From the human T2T-CHM13v2.0 reference genome, Homo sapiens, in assembly GCF_009914755.1 (NCBI RefSeq), contig NC_060947.1: a stretch of DNA of 64,000 nt. One strand, 5' to 3'. Of the stretch, positions 13,524 to 28,014 are shown in pieces. Positions within the stretch are counted from its first letter, which is position 1; every line of letters starts with the position of its first letter. A model generated the notes under the pieces. That model did not search any database. It was not told the origin of the DNA and saw only the letters and a program-made list of their open reading frames with translations. The position numbers were made by a program, and so were the translations under genes.

Positions 13524-13871
13524 TGTGTTAGTCAGTTCAGGCTGCTATAACAAAATTATAATAGACTGGGTAGCTTAAACAACAGATATTTATTTCTCAC
13601 TGTCTGGAAGCTAGGAAGTCTAAGATGAGGGTTCCAGGCCATTTGATTCCTGGTGAGGACACTCTTCTTGCTGTGCAGATGGCTACCTTGTTGCTATATC
13701 CTCAAATGATAGAGATAGAATGTGCTCTCTCTTATAATGGCACTAATTCCATCATGAGGACTCCACCCTAATAATCTAATTAGCTCTCAAAGGTTCCATC
13801 TTCAAGTACCATCACATTGGGAGTTAGGCTTCAACATATGAATTTGGAGAAAACACATTCAGTCCATAGCA
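13524..13871 (-). mobile_element. MLT1A/MSTD-type solo LTR
   Basis: tgtgttagtcagttcaggctgctataac...cattcagtccatagca; perfect 5-bp TSD ctggc. Confidence 0.88.
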
Positions 13872-14029
13872 CTGGCCCTTTACAGATAAAAGTCTGCTGA
13901 CCTCTGAGATAATCTGTAGCAGAAACTCTTTTTTTCATCCTCTCCTTCACTTCTAGTGAGTTGGCAAGAGTAGCTAATACTACCACCTTAATAGCATTTG
14001 AAACCTAACTAACCCCTGTCTCCATTTAA

Positions 14030-17000
14030 GCTCCACACATCAGTCAGAATACTCTTTCCAATGAAATTTAGCTTAGAATCCCTTAAGTAGTTTCCCATTA
14101 CAATAAAGACCAATCTCCTCAAGATTGCCTACAAGGGTCTGCACAATGTGGCCCCGGCTAACCTCTGTAGCATCTTTTGTCAACCCTTCCTTGCACTTGA
14201 TGTAGCAGTCCATATAGGCCAATATGACATATTCTCTGTAGCCTAACTCTTGTACATATAGTTTGCTCTAACTGAAACATTCTTCTTCACTGCCTCAACC
14301 CTCTTCCCCTGCCTAGTTCATATTCAATACTCATGACTCAGCAGGCAGTCATTCATAACTCTCCAGGTTGGATTAAGTACCTTTCCTCTTTGTTCTTACA
14401 GCACCCTATGTATTTCCTAAAAGAATTTCTCATCTTGTCTTATGCTTGTTTATCATTGCCACAAGACTGTGAGTATCTTGAGGATAGGGAATGTGTCTTC
14501 TTCCTCTCTGCATGCTTTGCACTTAGGACAATGCCTGAATCCTGGTAGGTATTCATTAAATGTTTGTTGAATAAATCAATGGTAAATCAAGCAGTGGTGC
14601 AGCTGCCTTACTGGTAACTCCAATACAGGCCACATATCTACAAATGATCTTCTCCTGCTCTACTAGATAGCTAGTAATCCTGACTATATGCTATATTCCA
14701 TTTTCAGGTTAAGAGTTGCTAGTTATATAAGCAGTGTAGTAGTGGAATAAACTACTGTGTGGCTAGACTTGCCTTTTAGTAGGCTTCAATATATCCCCTC
14801 ATTTTAGTTAAGTTGGTATGCTTACTGTCCTTTTGCTGACTGGAATCCATTCTTGCCTTTTCACTTGTAACTTTTCTCCTTGAAATCACAGGAGAAATTA
14901 ATTAAAGGACTTTCTGATTAAATGACCACCTTCTCCTTCAAAATATAGCTAAAAATTCATTTATTCAAGGCAGCTTCTTTGAATAATGTATTTCCTCTTT
15001 GAAATTAAATATTTGATAGGTATCAACTCAATTTACATTTGTGTCTGGCATAAGCTAATTATGCTTCTTATATTTATTTACTTATTTTATTCATTTCAGG
15101 GACTCTACATCTTACATTGAGAAAGGGAATCTTCCATCTTTGGTTCTCTAACAGTTCTTAGCTCAGTTAATAAAATTAACACTCAGCAAATGCTTATTAA
15201 TTAGATCTTATCAAACTTTTAATACAGAAAAGAAATTTGAAACTCACCTTGATTCATCTCTTTTATAACCCACATTTAATCAATCACCAAGGTCTGTTGA
15301 TTCCACTTCCTAAATCTTTCTGAAATCCATATAACCTCTCCATTTACACTCCTTTCTCCTGCCACATTCAGGTATTCATCATCTATAGACAGTGGGACAC
15401 TATAAAAGGATTTTAAAAATCAAGGCAGTAAAATCAGATTGGAGTTTAGAAAGAGCACTCTAGTTTCAGGATGGATAATGGATCATCAGGAGAGCAAGAC
15501 AAGGCTGCAGTAATCCTGTTAGGATAGTTACCTCCTCGCTTCTCAATGTTGTTTTTGGACCACTTTTTCTCCCTCCTTCCTCTAAAACCCAAGCTTCTTT
15601 GAAGATCATGCTTTCTTAATTATTCTAATCAAGTACCTCTTGAGTCACTCTCCATTTTTAATGAAGACCAGTTTACTGTTGTCCACTTTATCCTTTCCCT
15701 GTCATCCTTGGCAACTTCATCATCATTAATGACAGTACTCTCAAAATTTTCATTTAAAACATTCCATACTCTAGCCACCTCTTATTACCATTCCAGTTCA
15801 ATTATTCTGGCACTCCTCACCCCGATAATCCTTCAACCCCATAAAGAGCTCCAATTCATTGACCCTAAGCTCCTTTTCACTCTCTGTCATCTTGTTTCCT
15901 TTAATGTCCTCACTTACCTCCTTAATGTCCTCACTTCCCTCCTTACAGAGCCCATATTCCATGGTCCATCATTTTAATCAATTCCCTGCAAACATTCTTA
16001 ACTTCCTTGTCCCCTCTCTCTGTGCCATACTTCTCTGACAAAGCCCCAACCATGGTAAACTCAAGTTCCTACCTCCTGTGCAGCCAAGCAGCTGAAAATT
16101 GCTGGCGAAAAATTTTTCTTTTATGTTTTATTTTTTTAATTGACAAATACTGTGTTTTGTTATCTTGTAAACATGATGTTTTGAAGTATATATACATTTT
16201 GGAATGGCTAAACCTAACCAATTAATAAATGGATTACTTCACATAGTTATTATTTTTGTGGTGCTAGTATGTAACGTCAACTCTGTTTTTCAAGAATACA
16301 ATATCATCATTAACTATAGTCATTTTGCTGTATGATAGATCTCTTGAAATGTATTCCTCCTATCTAACTCTAATTATGTATCCTCTGACCAACATGTCTC
16401 CATCTTCCCTCCCCTCAATCACCCTAGCCTCTGATAACTACCATTATACTCACTTCTATGAGATCAAATTTTTTAGATTCCACGTATGAGTGAGATAATG
16501 CAGTATTTGTCTTCCTATGCCTGGCTTATTTCCTTTAACATAAATTCCTCCAGGTTCATTCACGTTGCTGCAAATGACAGGATCTGACTCTTTTTATGGC
16601 TGAGTAGTATTACATTGTGTATGTATACCTCACTTTTTTCATCCACTCATCCATTGATGGACGCTTATGATGGAGAAAATTTTAAAAACTGCACTGGCTA
16701 GTATCATTTTAAACTCATCATGAAAAATCTCAAATTAGTACTCAATATAGCCAAATAATTCTTGCATAATTTCCTAGTAAAATCACTCACTCTCTAAGAA
16801 GACTGTGTCATACCATCTCCCCATCCTCAAACTGCCAACACCTCCTCACCCTTCACACTTTCAACTGATGACCTTGCTTCTTCCTTCAAAGAAAATGTAG
16901 AAGCAATAAGAGAATCTTCACAAACTGATGCCCCATATCCAATCACTTACCTGCATCTGTGCCCATATATTCCACCTTTCTTTCTGTTACAATCGTTGAA

Positions 17001-17180
17001 ATATCTGTGCATCTAATCAAGGTCAATACTTCCATTTATGAACTAGATTCTATCTCTTTTTCATACTCAGAGACTATGCTCCTGAAGCAGTTCTATTCCT
17101 CTCTTTTGCATCACCAAATTTTCCTTCCCTATTGGATCATCCTCATTAGCAAACATGTAATATCTCCCATATTAAAATAA
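14030..17180. mobile_element. Cluster of decayed L2 fragments
   Basis: L2 3' signatures (ggtaggtattcattaaatgtttgttgaataaat; gatgaccttgcttcttccttc) and pyrimidine-rich L2 body. Confidence 0.6.
16118..16667 (-). mobile_element. L1MA 3' end inserted in L2
   Basis: T-rich tail, L1MA 3'UTR and ORF2 end; degenerate TSD tggcgaaaaatttt / tggagaaaatttt. Confidence 0.78.
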
Positions 17181-17187
17181 TATTCCA

Positions 17188-20100
17188 GGAGTGCCATCAG
17201 CAAGATGGCAGAATAGAAAAAAAAGACCCTCCTTCCCCCATGGTTTGAATAACAATTTATGGAACAATTGCCTTTATGACAAATTCAGAAATGAGTTAAA
17301 AGGTTGCTGCACCCCAGGCAAGTGCAAAGCCAACCTCACCAAAACCCAGTAGGAAAATTCATGGCATTTCTTCACCAGAGACTCTTCTCCCAGCTTGGTG
17401 CATTGTAACTGAGAGGAAACCCCTACCTCCTGACTTATCCTAGGGGGGAAAAGAAGTTGAATGTCCAACATTCTAACTTTTCAGGGTGTTATCTAAAAGA
17501 TTGGTTTCTGTCTTGCCTGAATCTAAGAACTGACAGCAATGGGATGCCAGGTTGGGGGCCTGCTGAGAACAAAGGTGATCAATGTGGCTTGGCCTGGCAC
17601 CAGAGTCTGTAGACCACAGACAGACATTATGTGGAGCTCCAATACCCTAGTTTACTACAGAAACAGAGAGATGGCAGTATCACAGACAGACATCAAGGGG
17701 AACTCCTGAATAGAAACTGATAAATCTCTTCAACTAGATGATTATATGCACAATCCCAGAAGAGTATGCCTTCCCAGGAAAGGATTAGGAGGTCTCTGGA
17801 TTCTTTAACTGGGCTAATTGGAGAATGTCCTCCTTGTATGCAACCAGACCACAAAGACTGAGAAAGGTAGCTGAGCTTTCAAATGTTAAAGTCTCAACAA
17901 GATATAGTAAGACATACGAAGAAACAAAGAAATGTGGACTATTCAAAGGAATAATTTAAACCTCCAGAAAGCACCCCTACAGACATAGAGAAATATAAAT
18001 TACCAAAAACTCAAAATAAGCATCACCAGAATAATTAAAGAATTAAACAAGAACATAGATAGGCAACTAAACAAAATTAGGAAACTGACATATAAACAAA
18101 ATAAGAATATCAACAAATAAATAAAAGTATAAAGAAGAATCAAACAGAAATTCTGGAACTGAAGTATCTAATAATCGAATTGGAGAAATTCACTGGAGGG
18201 ATTCGATAGCAGAATTGACCAGGCAGAAAAAAGAATTAGTAAACTCATCGATAGGGCTTTGAAATTATTGAGAAAGAGAAGAAAAAAACAACAAAGAATG
18301 AAGAAAAATGAGGAGAGCCTAAGGGATTTATGGGGCACCAACAAGCAGAACAACATACGCATGATGCAAATCACAAAAGGGGAAAAGAGAAATGAGTAGA
18401 GAGCTTATCTGAAGAAATGATGGCTGAAAACTCTCCAAATTTGATGAGAGAAAAGGACACACAATTTGAATAAACAAACAACTCCAGTTGGAATAAATCT
18501 AAAGAGACCTACACTGAGACCCATCAAAATCCAACTGTCAAAAGTCACAAAGACAGAATCTTGAAAGTGGCAAGAAAAAATGACTCATCACATATAAGGG
18601 AGCTTCTATTAAACTATCAGCTGGTTTCTCAGCAAAACCTTGCAGGCTAGAAAGGAGTGAAATAATATATTCAATTACTGAAGAACAAAACCTGCCCACC
18701 AAGAACATTATATTTTGTAAAACTGTCCTTCTAAAATGAAGGAGAGATTAAGACTTCCCAGATAAACAAAAGGAGAGGAAGTTGATCACCACTCAATCTG
18801 CCCCACAAGAAATGCTAAAGGGATCCTTCAAGTTGAAGAAAAAGGATGATAAATAGCAACACAAAACCATATGAAAATATAAACCTTCTGATAAAGGTTT
18901 ATTGTGTAGTATTGTAATATAAGTGTGTAAATCACTTTTAAATATGGTATAAATTTTAAAAACAAAAGTAACAAATAATTATAGATCTATGTTAATGGAT
19001 GCACATTATAAGGAAAGGATGCCCACCCTCAATATTACTATTGTTGAAGTACTGGGATTCCTAGCTAGAAAAATTAGACAAGAAAGAGAAGTAACAGAAA
19101 TCTAAATTGGAAAAGATGAAGTAAAATTGTCTGTATTCACAGATGACATGATCTTATATGTAGAAAACCCTAAATATTCCATATGCAATAAAAAGTATTA
19201 TAACTAATAAATGATGTCAGAAAATTTGCAGGATACAAAAGCAATACATAAAATGCATTGCATTTCTATATATTAATGGTGACCGATCTAAGAAGAAAAA
19301 TTAAGAAAAAATTCCCTTTATTTATTTTATTTTATTTTTTATTATACTTTAAGTTCTGGGGTACATGTGCAGAACATGCAGGTTTGTTACATAAGTATAC
19401 ATGAGCCATGGTGGTTTGCTGCACCCATCAACCTGTCATCTACATTAGGTATTTCTCCTAATGCTATCCCTCCCCTAGACCCCACTCCCTGACAGGCCCC
19501 AGTGTGTGATGTTCCCTTCCCTGTGTCCATGTGTCCTCATTGTTCAACTCCCACTTATGAGTGAGAACATGCGATGTTTGGTTTTCTATTCTTGTGTTAG
19601 TTTGCTGAGAATGATGGTCTCCAGTGTCATCCATGTCCCTGCAAAGGACATGAACTCATCCTTTTTTATGGCTCTATAGTATTCCATGGTGTATATGTGC
19701 CACATTTTCTTTATCCAGTTTCACACTGATGGGCATTTGGGTTGTTTCCAAGTCTTTGTTATTGTGAACAGTGCTGCAATAAACATATGTGTGCATATGT
19801 CTTTATAGTAGAATGATTTATAATCCTCTGGGTATATACCCAGTAATGAGATTGCTGAGTCAAATGGTAATTCCAGTTCTAGATCCTTGAAGAATCTCCA
19901 CACTGTCTTCCACAATGGTTGAACTAATTTACACTCCCACCAACACTGTAAAAGCGTTCCTATTTCTCCACATCCTCTCCAGCATCTGTTGTTTCCTGAC
20001 TTTTTAATGATTGCCAATCTAACTGATGTGAGATGATATCTCATTATGGTTTTGATTTGCATTTTTCTGATGACCAGTGATGATGAGCTTTTTTCATATG

Positions 20101-20925
20101 TTTGTTGGCTGCATAAATGTCTGCTTTTGAGAAGTGTCTGTTCATATCCTTTGCCCACTTTTTGATGGGGTTGTTTTTTTTTTCATGTAAATTTGTCTAA
20201 GTTCTTTGTAGATTCTGAATATTAGCCCTTTGTCAGATGGATAGATTGCAAAAATTTTCTTCCATTCTGTAGGTTGCCTGTTCACTCTGATGGTAGTTTC
20301 TTTTGCTGTGGAGAAGCTCTTTAGTTTAATCAGATCCCATTTGTCTATTTTGGCTTTTGTTGCCATTGCTTTTGGTGCTTTAGTCATGAAGTCTTTGCCC
20401 AAGCCTATGTCCTGAATGGTATTGCCTAGGTTTTCTTCTAGGGTTTTTATGGTTTTAGGTCTTATGTTTAAGTCTTTAATCCATCTTGAGTTAATTTTTG
20501 TGTAAGGTATAAGGAAGGGATCCAGTTTCAGCCTTCTGCATATGGCATCAAAAAGGATGAAATACTTAGGAATAAACTTAACCAAGTTAGTGAAACACTT
20601 CTACAGTGAAAACTACAAAATGTTGCTAAGATAAATCAAAGAAAGGTACAAATAAATGAAAAGGCATCTCCTGCTTATGGATTGGAAGGCTTAATGTTGT
20701 TAAAATGTCCATACTACCCAAAGTGATCTACAGATTAAATGCAATGCCTATCAAAACTCCAATGGAATTTGTTGTAGAAACAGAAAAAAACCTTCCTAAA
20801 AGTCATACGGAATCTCAAGGGACCCTGAATAGTCAAAATAATCTTGAAAAATGAGACCAAAATTGGAGGCCTCGCACTTCCCAATTTCAAAACATGCAAC
20901 AAAGCAACAGTAATCAAAATAGTAT
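17188..20925 (+). mobile_element. Old L1M element: 5' end, ORF1 remnant and internally deleted ORF2 (interrupted by L1PA)
   Basis: Starts ...cagcaagatggcagaatag (L1 5' YY1-like); ORF1-like A-rich sequence at 17900-18850; ORF2 RT region (gatgacatgatcttatatgtagaaaaccc). Confidence 0.72.
19320..20545 (-). mobile_element. 5'-truncated L1PA (about L1PA7-like), 1.2 kb
   Basis: ORF2 C-terminal peptides ([22 protein letters not shown]; [26 protein letters not shown]), 3'UTR and tail. Confidence 0.92.
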
Positions 20926-21254
20926 TGATGTATGAAAAAGTCTTTATCTCTCACTTTTGAAGGATCATTTTGCTGGATATATAATTCTACATTGGTAGTT
21001 GTCCCCCCTTTAACACTTTAAGGTTGTCATTCCATTGTGTTCTTGCTTGCACAGTTCCTGATGAGAAGTCCACTGCAATTCTTATCTTTGTTTCTCTGTA
21101 GGTAAGGTGTTTTTCTCCCCACTAGGCTGCCTTCAAGAATATCTCTTTGTCTTTGGTTTTCTGCAGTTTTAATATAATATGCCCATGTGTGAGGTCCTGC
21201 TTGTTTATTTTAAGGGGTGTGTGTGTGTGTGTGTGTTTATTTATAATGCATTTG

Positions 21255-21964
21255 TTAATGTGTCTATTTTTATGCCAGTATCATATTGTTTTGATTACTA
21301 TTGCTTTGTAATATATTTTGATATCAGGTAGTATGATGCCTCCAGCTTTGTTCTTTTTGCTCAAGATTGCTTTAGCCATTCAGGGTCTTAAGTTGAAAAC
21401 TTTTCCTTTCAGATCAGGAACAAGACAATGATGTTCACTCTTCCTACTCTTACTCCACATAGTACTGGAAGTCGTAGCCAGAGTAATTAGGCAAGAAAAA
21501 GAAATAAAAGACATGCAAATAGGAAAGAAAGAGATGAAATTGTCTCTGTTCACTGATGAAATAATCTTATATATAGAAAACCCTAAAGAGACTACCAAAA
21601 AACTGTTAGACTTAATGAATTCAGTAAAATCAACATACAAAAATCATTAATGCTTCTAAACCCTAACAATGAACTAACTGAAAAAGAAATCAAGAAAACA
21701 ATGCTATTTGTAATAGTTGCAAAAAAATACTTAGGAATAAATTTAACCAAGGAGATTAATAATCTCTACACTCAAAACTATAAAACATTGATTAAATAAA
21801 TTGGAGAACACACAAATAAATGAAAAAAATTCCATCTTCGTGGATTGGAAGAATTAATATTGTTAAAATATCTATACTATTCAAAGTGATCTACAGATTC
21901 AATGCAGCTCCTGTCAAAATTTCAATTACATTTTTCACAGAAATAGAAAAAATCCTAAAATTCT
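21255..21964. mobile_element. L1MA ORF2 fragment with inversion junction at about 21388
   Basis: Antisense ORF2 piece abuts a sense ORF2 piece; the two are nearly contiguous in the L1 consensus. Confidence 0.65.
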
Positions 21965-22467
21965 GACTGATAATTTCAACACCTGTGTCATATGTAAGTC
22001 TGGTTCTGATCTTGCTTTGTCTCTTCAAATTGTGTTATTTCTTGCCTTAGCAAGTTTTGTAATGTTGTTATTGTTAAAAGCCAGACATCTTGTATAGAGC
22101 AATAGCTACTGAGGTAAATAGGATTTTACCATGAATATTTATATTAATCTGGCCTGGAGTTAGGTTGTGTTTGATGTTTGTTGTCTCTGTGGGTACCAGA
22201 AGCATTAAATTTCTCTAGTGATTTTGCTTTTGTCTTCTCTCTTGGCCTTGGCCCTTCCCTTTGTGCTGTACCTCAGAGACAGGCTGTCTCTTGCAGCTCT
22301 TCCAGCTGTAATCCACTGTCATTTTAACTGGAGGCTTATTAGCTTGTTGTAGGATGTGGGGGGATGAGGGCATTCTACAATCTTCAGATTCTCAGTCTTT
22401 GGAGTGCATAGTGGGCCTGTGTCTTGGAAGTGTGACTTTAACAATTGTTTTTGTTTCTCTTCCAGGG

Positions 22468-22894
22468 TGTGGTAGATTGAACTGTAACCCTCAAAAAGAT
22501 ATGTTGAAGTCCTAATCCCTGGTACCTGTGAATGTGACCTTATTTAGAAAGCCTCTTTGCAGATGTAATCAAGTTAAAATGAGGTCACACTGGATTAGGG
22601 TGTGTTCTAAATCCAATGACTGCTATCTTTATAAAGAGAAATATTTGAAGACAGAGATTAGATATTGAGAAGAAGGCCATGTGAATATGAAAGCAGAGAT
22701 TGGAGTCATGCTGGCACAAGCAAAGTAAAGCCAAGGATTGCCAGCAACCATAAGAAACTAGAAAAGGCAAGGAAAAACTCTCTCCCAAAGGGAGCATGGC
22801 CTTACCAACCCTCCAAGACTATGAGAAAATACACTGTTGTTTTAAATCACCTAGTTTGTGTAATTTGTTATGGCAGCCTTAGAAGACTCATACA
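22468..22894 (+). mobile_element. MLT1C/D-type solo LTR
   Basis: tgtggtagattgaac...gtgaatgtgaccttattt...gtaatttgttatggcagcc...actcataca. Confidence 0.82.
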
Positions 22895-23376
22895 CATAGG
22901 TAAAGTATTCCCTCCTGCCAACTAATACTTTCTGTGGTTCTAACATTCCTAGTCTATATCTTTGAAACCCTCTCCCTTGTATATTAAGGCTTTCTTTTCT
23001 TTATTTTTTTTTCCCTTAGGTAAGACAGGGAGATGGAGTGGGGCTGGAGCAGGCTGAGTTGCCTTCCCCTAGTTGAGAAGGGATTTCACTATTGCCCTCT
23101 GTTATTTTTGTCTTTCTCCCAACTTGTAGGCTAATCTTAAAAATAAATGGCTAGAGGTCCTGTCAACTCCACAAAAAGTATTTTCAGACCACACAAAAGG
23201 TATTTATCATTGCATAACAATGTGAATTGTACACTTAAAATGGTTAAGATAGTAAATTTTGTACTATGTGTTTTCTTACCACAATTTTATCATTCCAATT
23301 TTTGATATATGTGCTGCCAAAGCAAATATTTCTTACCACAAGTTTTAAAAAGTATCTGTCTTCACACATCTCTTAC

Positions 23377-23557
23377 CAAAATGATCTTCATGTTGCTGCC
23401 AAGCACAAGTCAGAGACTTGGAGGCTGTATGGTGCCAATGGACAGCTAAAGGAAGTAAGCTTTTGAAGTTGGGCTGTGGAAGGGCCGGATATATGACTCC
23501 TCCCTTCAGCAAGTCCTGAAGCCTGCTGTGTAGGTGGGACAATCTGTGGTACCACAT
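23377..23557 (-). CDS. TMLHE: TMLHE exon 2 coding part (codons 1-60 plus 1 nt), N-terminal mitochondrial targeting region; exon begins 1 nt upstream at 23558
   Basis: Translates MWYHRLSHLHSRLQDLLKGGVIYPALPQPNFKSLLPLAVHWHHTASKSLTCAWQQHEDHF, the human TMLHE N-terminus. Acceptor ...ccaatcttctAG|G ATG at 23560-23559; donor TTTG|GTAAGA at 23376-23375; 181 coding nt. Confidence 0.96.
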
Positions 23558-23847
23558 CCTAGAAGATTGGATAATAACAAGTTAGTAGTAATATACAACA
23601 ACTTTTATGAGGCTATAGGAATAACACTACAGATATAATTATGTAAAATGATAGATTTAATGATCTCAATACAGAGGATTAAACAAAGGAGAAATTGTGA
23701 AAAGTTAAGCATAAGTGATCTATAACCATTACTTACATTTTCTCATTAGCCACTCTTATTTTATGTCATACAATCTTCCTTTTGGCCTACTACCTAACTG
23801 AAGCAGTGCTTTAAAAAATTCACTAATCTTAACCTTCCAAATACATA

Positions 23848-24215
23848 CAGTCATCTGCATAATGACATTTCTGTCAGTAACAGACCACATATATGATGGT
23901 GGTCCCATAAGATTATAATGGAGCCGAAAAATCCTATTACCTAGTGACATGGTAATGTAGCACAATGCATTACCTTTTCTATGTTTAGATGTGTTTACAT
24001 ACACAAATGCTCAGCGTTATGTTACAATTGCCTACAGTATTCAGTACAGTCACATGCTATACAGGTTTGTAGCCTAGGAGCAACAGGCTATATATATCAT
24101 ATAGCCTGGACGTGTAGTAGGCTATACCATCTGGGTTTGTTAACACTCTAGGATGTTCATACAACCATGAAATTGCTGAATGAGGCATTTCTCAGAATGT
24201 ATCCCTGTCGTTATC
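23848..24215. mobile_element. Tigger3a (MER7-type) DNA transposon
   Basis: TA|cagtcat...gaccacatatatgatggtggtcccataagattataat...catttctcagaatgtatccctgtcgtta. Confidence 0.82.
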
Positions 24216-24339
24216 CTGTCAACTGACCCATAATTGTAAAAGGATTATTTTTCATGTCTCATCCTTCTGGGTCTCTCTGCTTGTGACACTACTAATCACC
24301 CCTATTCCGACTATGTGAAACTTTCTTCTCCGCTGGTTA

Positions 24340-24510
24340 TGTGTGCTGTGGGCAAGTTACTTAAACCCTCAGTGACTCCATTTCTTCCTTTGTAAAATGA
24401 GGTTGATAATAGTATTTATCTCATGGCTTTACTGTGAGGACTAAAATACTTAGAATTATATGTTCCATACTAAGCCCTACATATGTATCACTGCTATTAC
24501 TATCGTTATT
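24340..24510. mobile_element. MIR
   Basis: gggcaagttacttaaaccctcagtgactccatttc...tgtaaaatgaggttgataatagta. Confidence 0.75.
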
Positions 24511-25112
24511 ACGGCTGTTGTTAGGCATAAACTTTATGTTGGGAAAATGCCTTGATAAACCTGCTTGGAGTTGGTGATGCTGAGTAGCATAGTTTTAGAA
24601 AAATTAATAAAACAACACCATTTGCATAAGGTCTTAAAAGGAATTAATTTGTCCTGTGGCAGAAGACTGAGAGAGCTATGTGATTGCAGATAGGCTGTGT
24701 GGTTCTCAATGTGAACCTTCTCAATTACACCCTCAAATATGCAGTAGTGTAATTAAACCCACAAAATGCTTATGTTGAGTGGACTGGTGAGTGCCTGTGT
24801 GTGTGTGCGCGCATGCATATGTGTGGGTATGTGAGTTGTAAGCTGATGAAAGGACTGAACTTCATGCTGATATGGGATGAAACCAATCACATAAATTAAA
24901 GCCATAGCTAGAGATATAATAGAATTTACTAATCACTAGGGAGCAGTCTGTAATTACAGGATAGAGAATGGAAGGCTAAAGTCAAATTTATTGAGATTTT
25001 GTGGCTGAGGGCAAAGAGGAGAGCACAGAAACTCCTCTGCTGATAATCTGGGTTACATTTATTTCTTCACTGTCTCTTGTTTCCAACCTCCTACCTACAG
25101 ATACTGTCTGAA

Positions 25113-25305
25113 ACAGGGGCTGGCAATCTATGCCCCACAAACTAAAAATGGATTTTATATTTTTTAAGGAGTTGTAAAGAAAAACAAAGATGAGTATGAC
25201 ACCAAGACTCCAGACCAAGACCAGACTAGAATTTCTTCTTTGTAGTCTATGAAGTCTACAATACGTGCTGTCTGGATCTTCAAAGAAAAAAAATTTCCAA
25301 CTCCT
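25113..25305. mobile_element. MER58-like remnant
   Basis: caggggctggcaatctatg...tctggatcttcaaagaaaaaaaatttccaactcct. Confidence 0.6.
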
Positions 25306-25413
25306 AGTCAAATATTAAATTCTTAATCAAATACTCTTCTCCCACTACATCGAAAAATCTCCCAAAAATCTACTCTTAAGTATATTCACTCACTTCATTA
25401 TTTCACAAAATAA

Positions 25414-25723
<310 letters not shown>

Positions 25724-26734
25724 ATAATAGGTACTTTCTTAAGTATTAAGATACAAACATAAATAAATCAGCAGTCCTAGCCACCATTCAAGATGTTCAC
25801 AAACTAGCAGGGAAGAAAGACAAGTACAGGGTGATAACTACTACTATTTATAATAGTTTTAAGCATACAACACAGTGAAAGGTGCAAAGGAGTAAGAAGT
25901 TAACCATGCCTGAGGAAAGTGGTGGAGCTCCACATGACTAGTGTTCTTTGAAGAAGGTTTCATTGTTTTATATTAACTTAAAAATAAAACTGATTGTAAA
26001 AAAAAAAAAAGATGGGATTGTTGGAGGTGTTGGAAATAATCCACACAACCCTGAAATATATAAAATAATAAGTAAAAGCCTCTTTCTTTCATTATTTACC
26101 ACCCCATTCTTTCAAGGAAACTGTTGATGAGGTTTGGCATATACAATGACACATATAATTAAAATCTCCACACCTGCTATAGAAACATACAGAAATACAT
26201 ATGTATTTAAACCATAAAGAATGGTAGAAAACAAAGTCTCTCCTCCCCCATTTCCCATAATCTCACTACTCAAATGTTACCAGTTTCAATTTTTAGAAAT
26301 CAGCCCAAGCAAAACTGGATATCCATATGCAGAAGAATGAGACCCCTACCTCTTGCCATATACAAAAAATACAATCTAAGTGAATTAAAGACTTAAATCT
26401 AAGACCGCAAACTATGAAACTACTACAAGAAAACATTGGGGAAACATACCAGGACGTTGGTCTGGGCAAAAATTTCTGGAGTAAGACTTCAAAAGCACAG
26501 GCAAGCTAAGCAAAAATGGACAAATGGGATCACATCAAGTTAAAAAGCTACTGTACATCAAAGGATACAACCAACAAAGTGAAGGGACAACCTGGAGAAT
26601 GGGAGAAAATAATTTGCCAACCACCCATCTGACAAGGGATTAATAATCAAGCAATTTGCAAACTGGCAGCAGGTATCTGAAATTCACACAACTGACAAAG
26701 TATTAATATCAAGAATATTTAAAGACATCCTACA

Positions 26735-27110
<376 letters not shown>

Positions 27111-28014
27111 TCAATATGGTCAATCAATTCATGAAGAGATGTTCAACCTCATTAATGATTAGGGAATTGTAATCTAGTCACAGTGAGATATGATATAACC
27201 ATCTGATCGGCAAAAATTAAGATGTCTGACAATAGCAAGTATAGAGGTCTTGCACATCTTTCATTGAATTCATTCCTAAGTGATTTCTTGTGCTATTACA
27301 AGCAGCATTTTAAAATTTCAATTTGTAATTGCTAACAGTATACACAATGCAACTGACTTTTATATTCTGACCTGGAATGCTGTAATCTTAATAAAAACAG
27401 TTATTACTTCCAGTAAGCGCTTTGGAAATTTCTCAGCATTTTCTATATAAGGAATGTCATATATGAATAGAGTTCTACATCTTCTTTTGCAAACTTTATA
27501 CCTTTTGTTTGTTTTTTTGCTGCATTGTGCTCACTAGTTAGGAGGAGTAAGCATGGACAACCTTGCCTTGTTCCTGATCTTAGGGGAAAACATTCTAGTT
27601 TCATGATTAAGTATGTTGTTAGCCATGTTTTTGGATTTTTTTGTTATTGTTATTAATGGCCTTTTTCTGGTTGGGGAAGTTTCCTTCAATTCCTAGTTTT
27701 CTGAGAGTATTTATCAGGAATATGACTTGAATTTTAGTAAATGTACTTTCTACATCTATTATTTTATGGCTTGTTGCTTTATTCTAGTAAAGTGGTTAAT
27801 TATTCTAATTGACTTCCTATGTTAAAACAACCTTGCATTTCTGGAATAAACCCCATTTGATTATGATATATTATCCTTTTTATACATTGTTGGATTCAAT
27901 ATGCTGAAATTTTGTTTCAGTATTTTGCATCTAGATACATGAGGAATACATGGTCTGGTGTGTGTATGTGTGTGTGTCATCTTTATCAGGTATTTTATCA
28001 GATTTATGCTGGGT

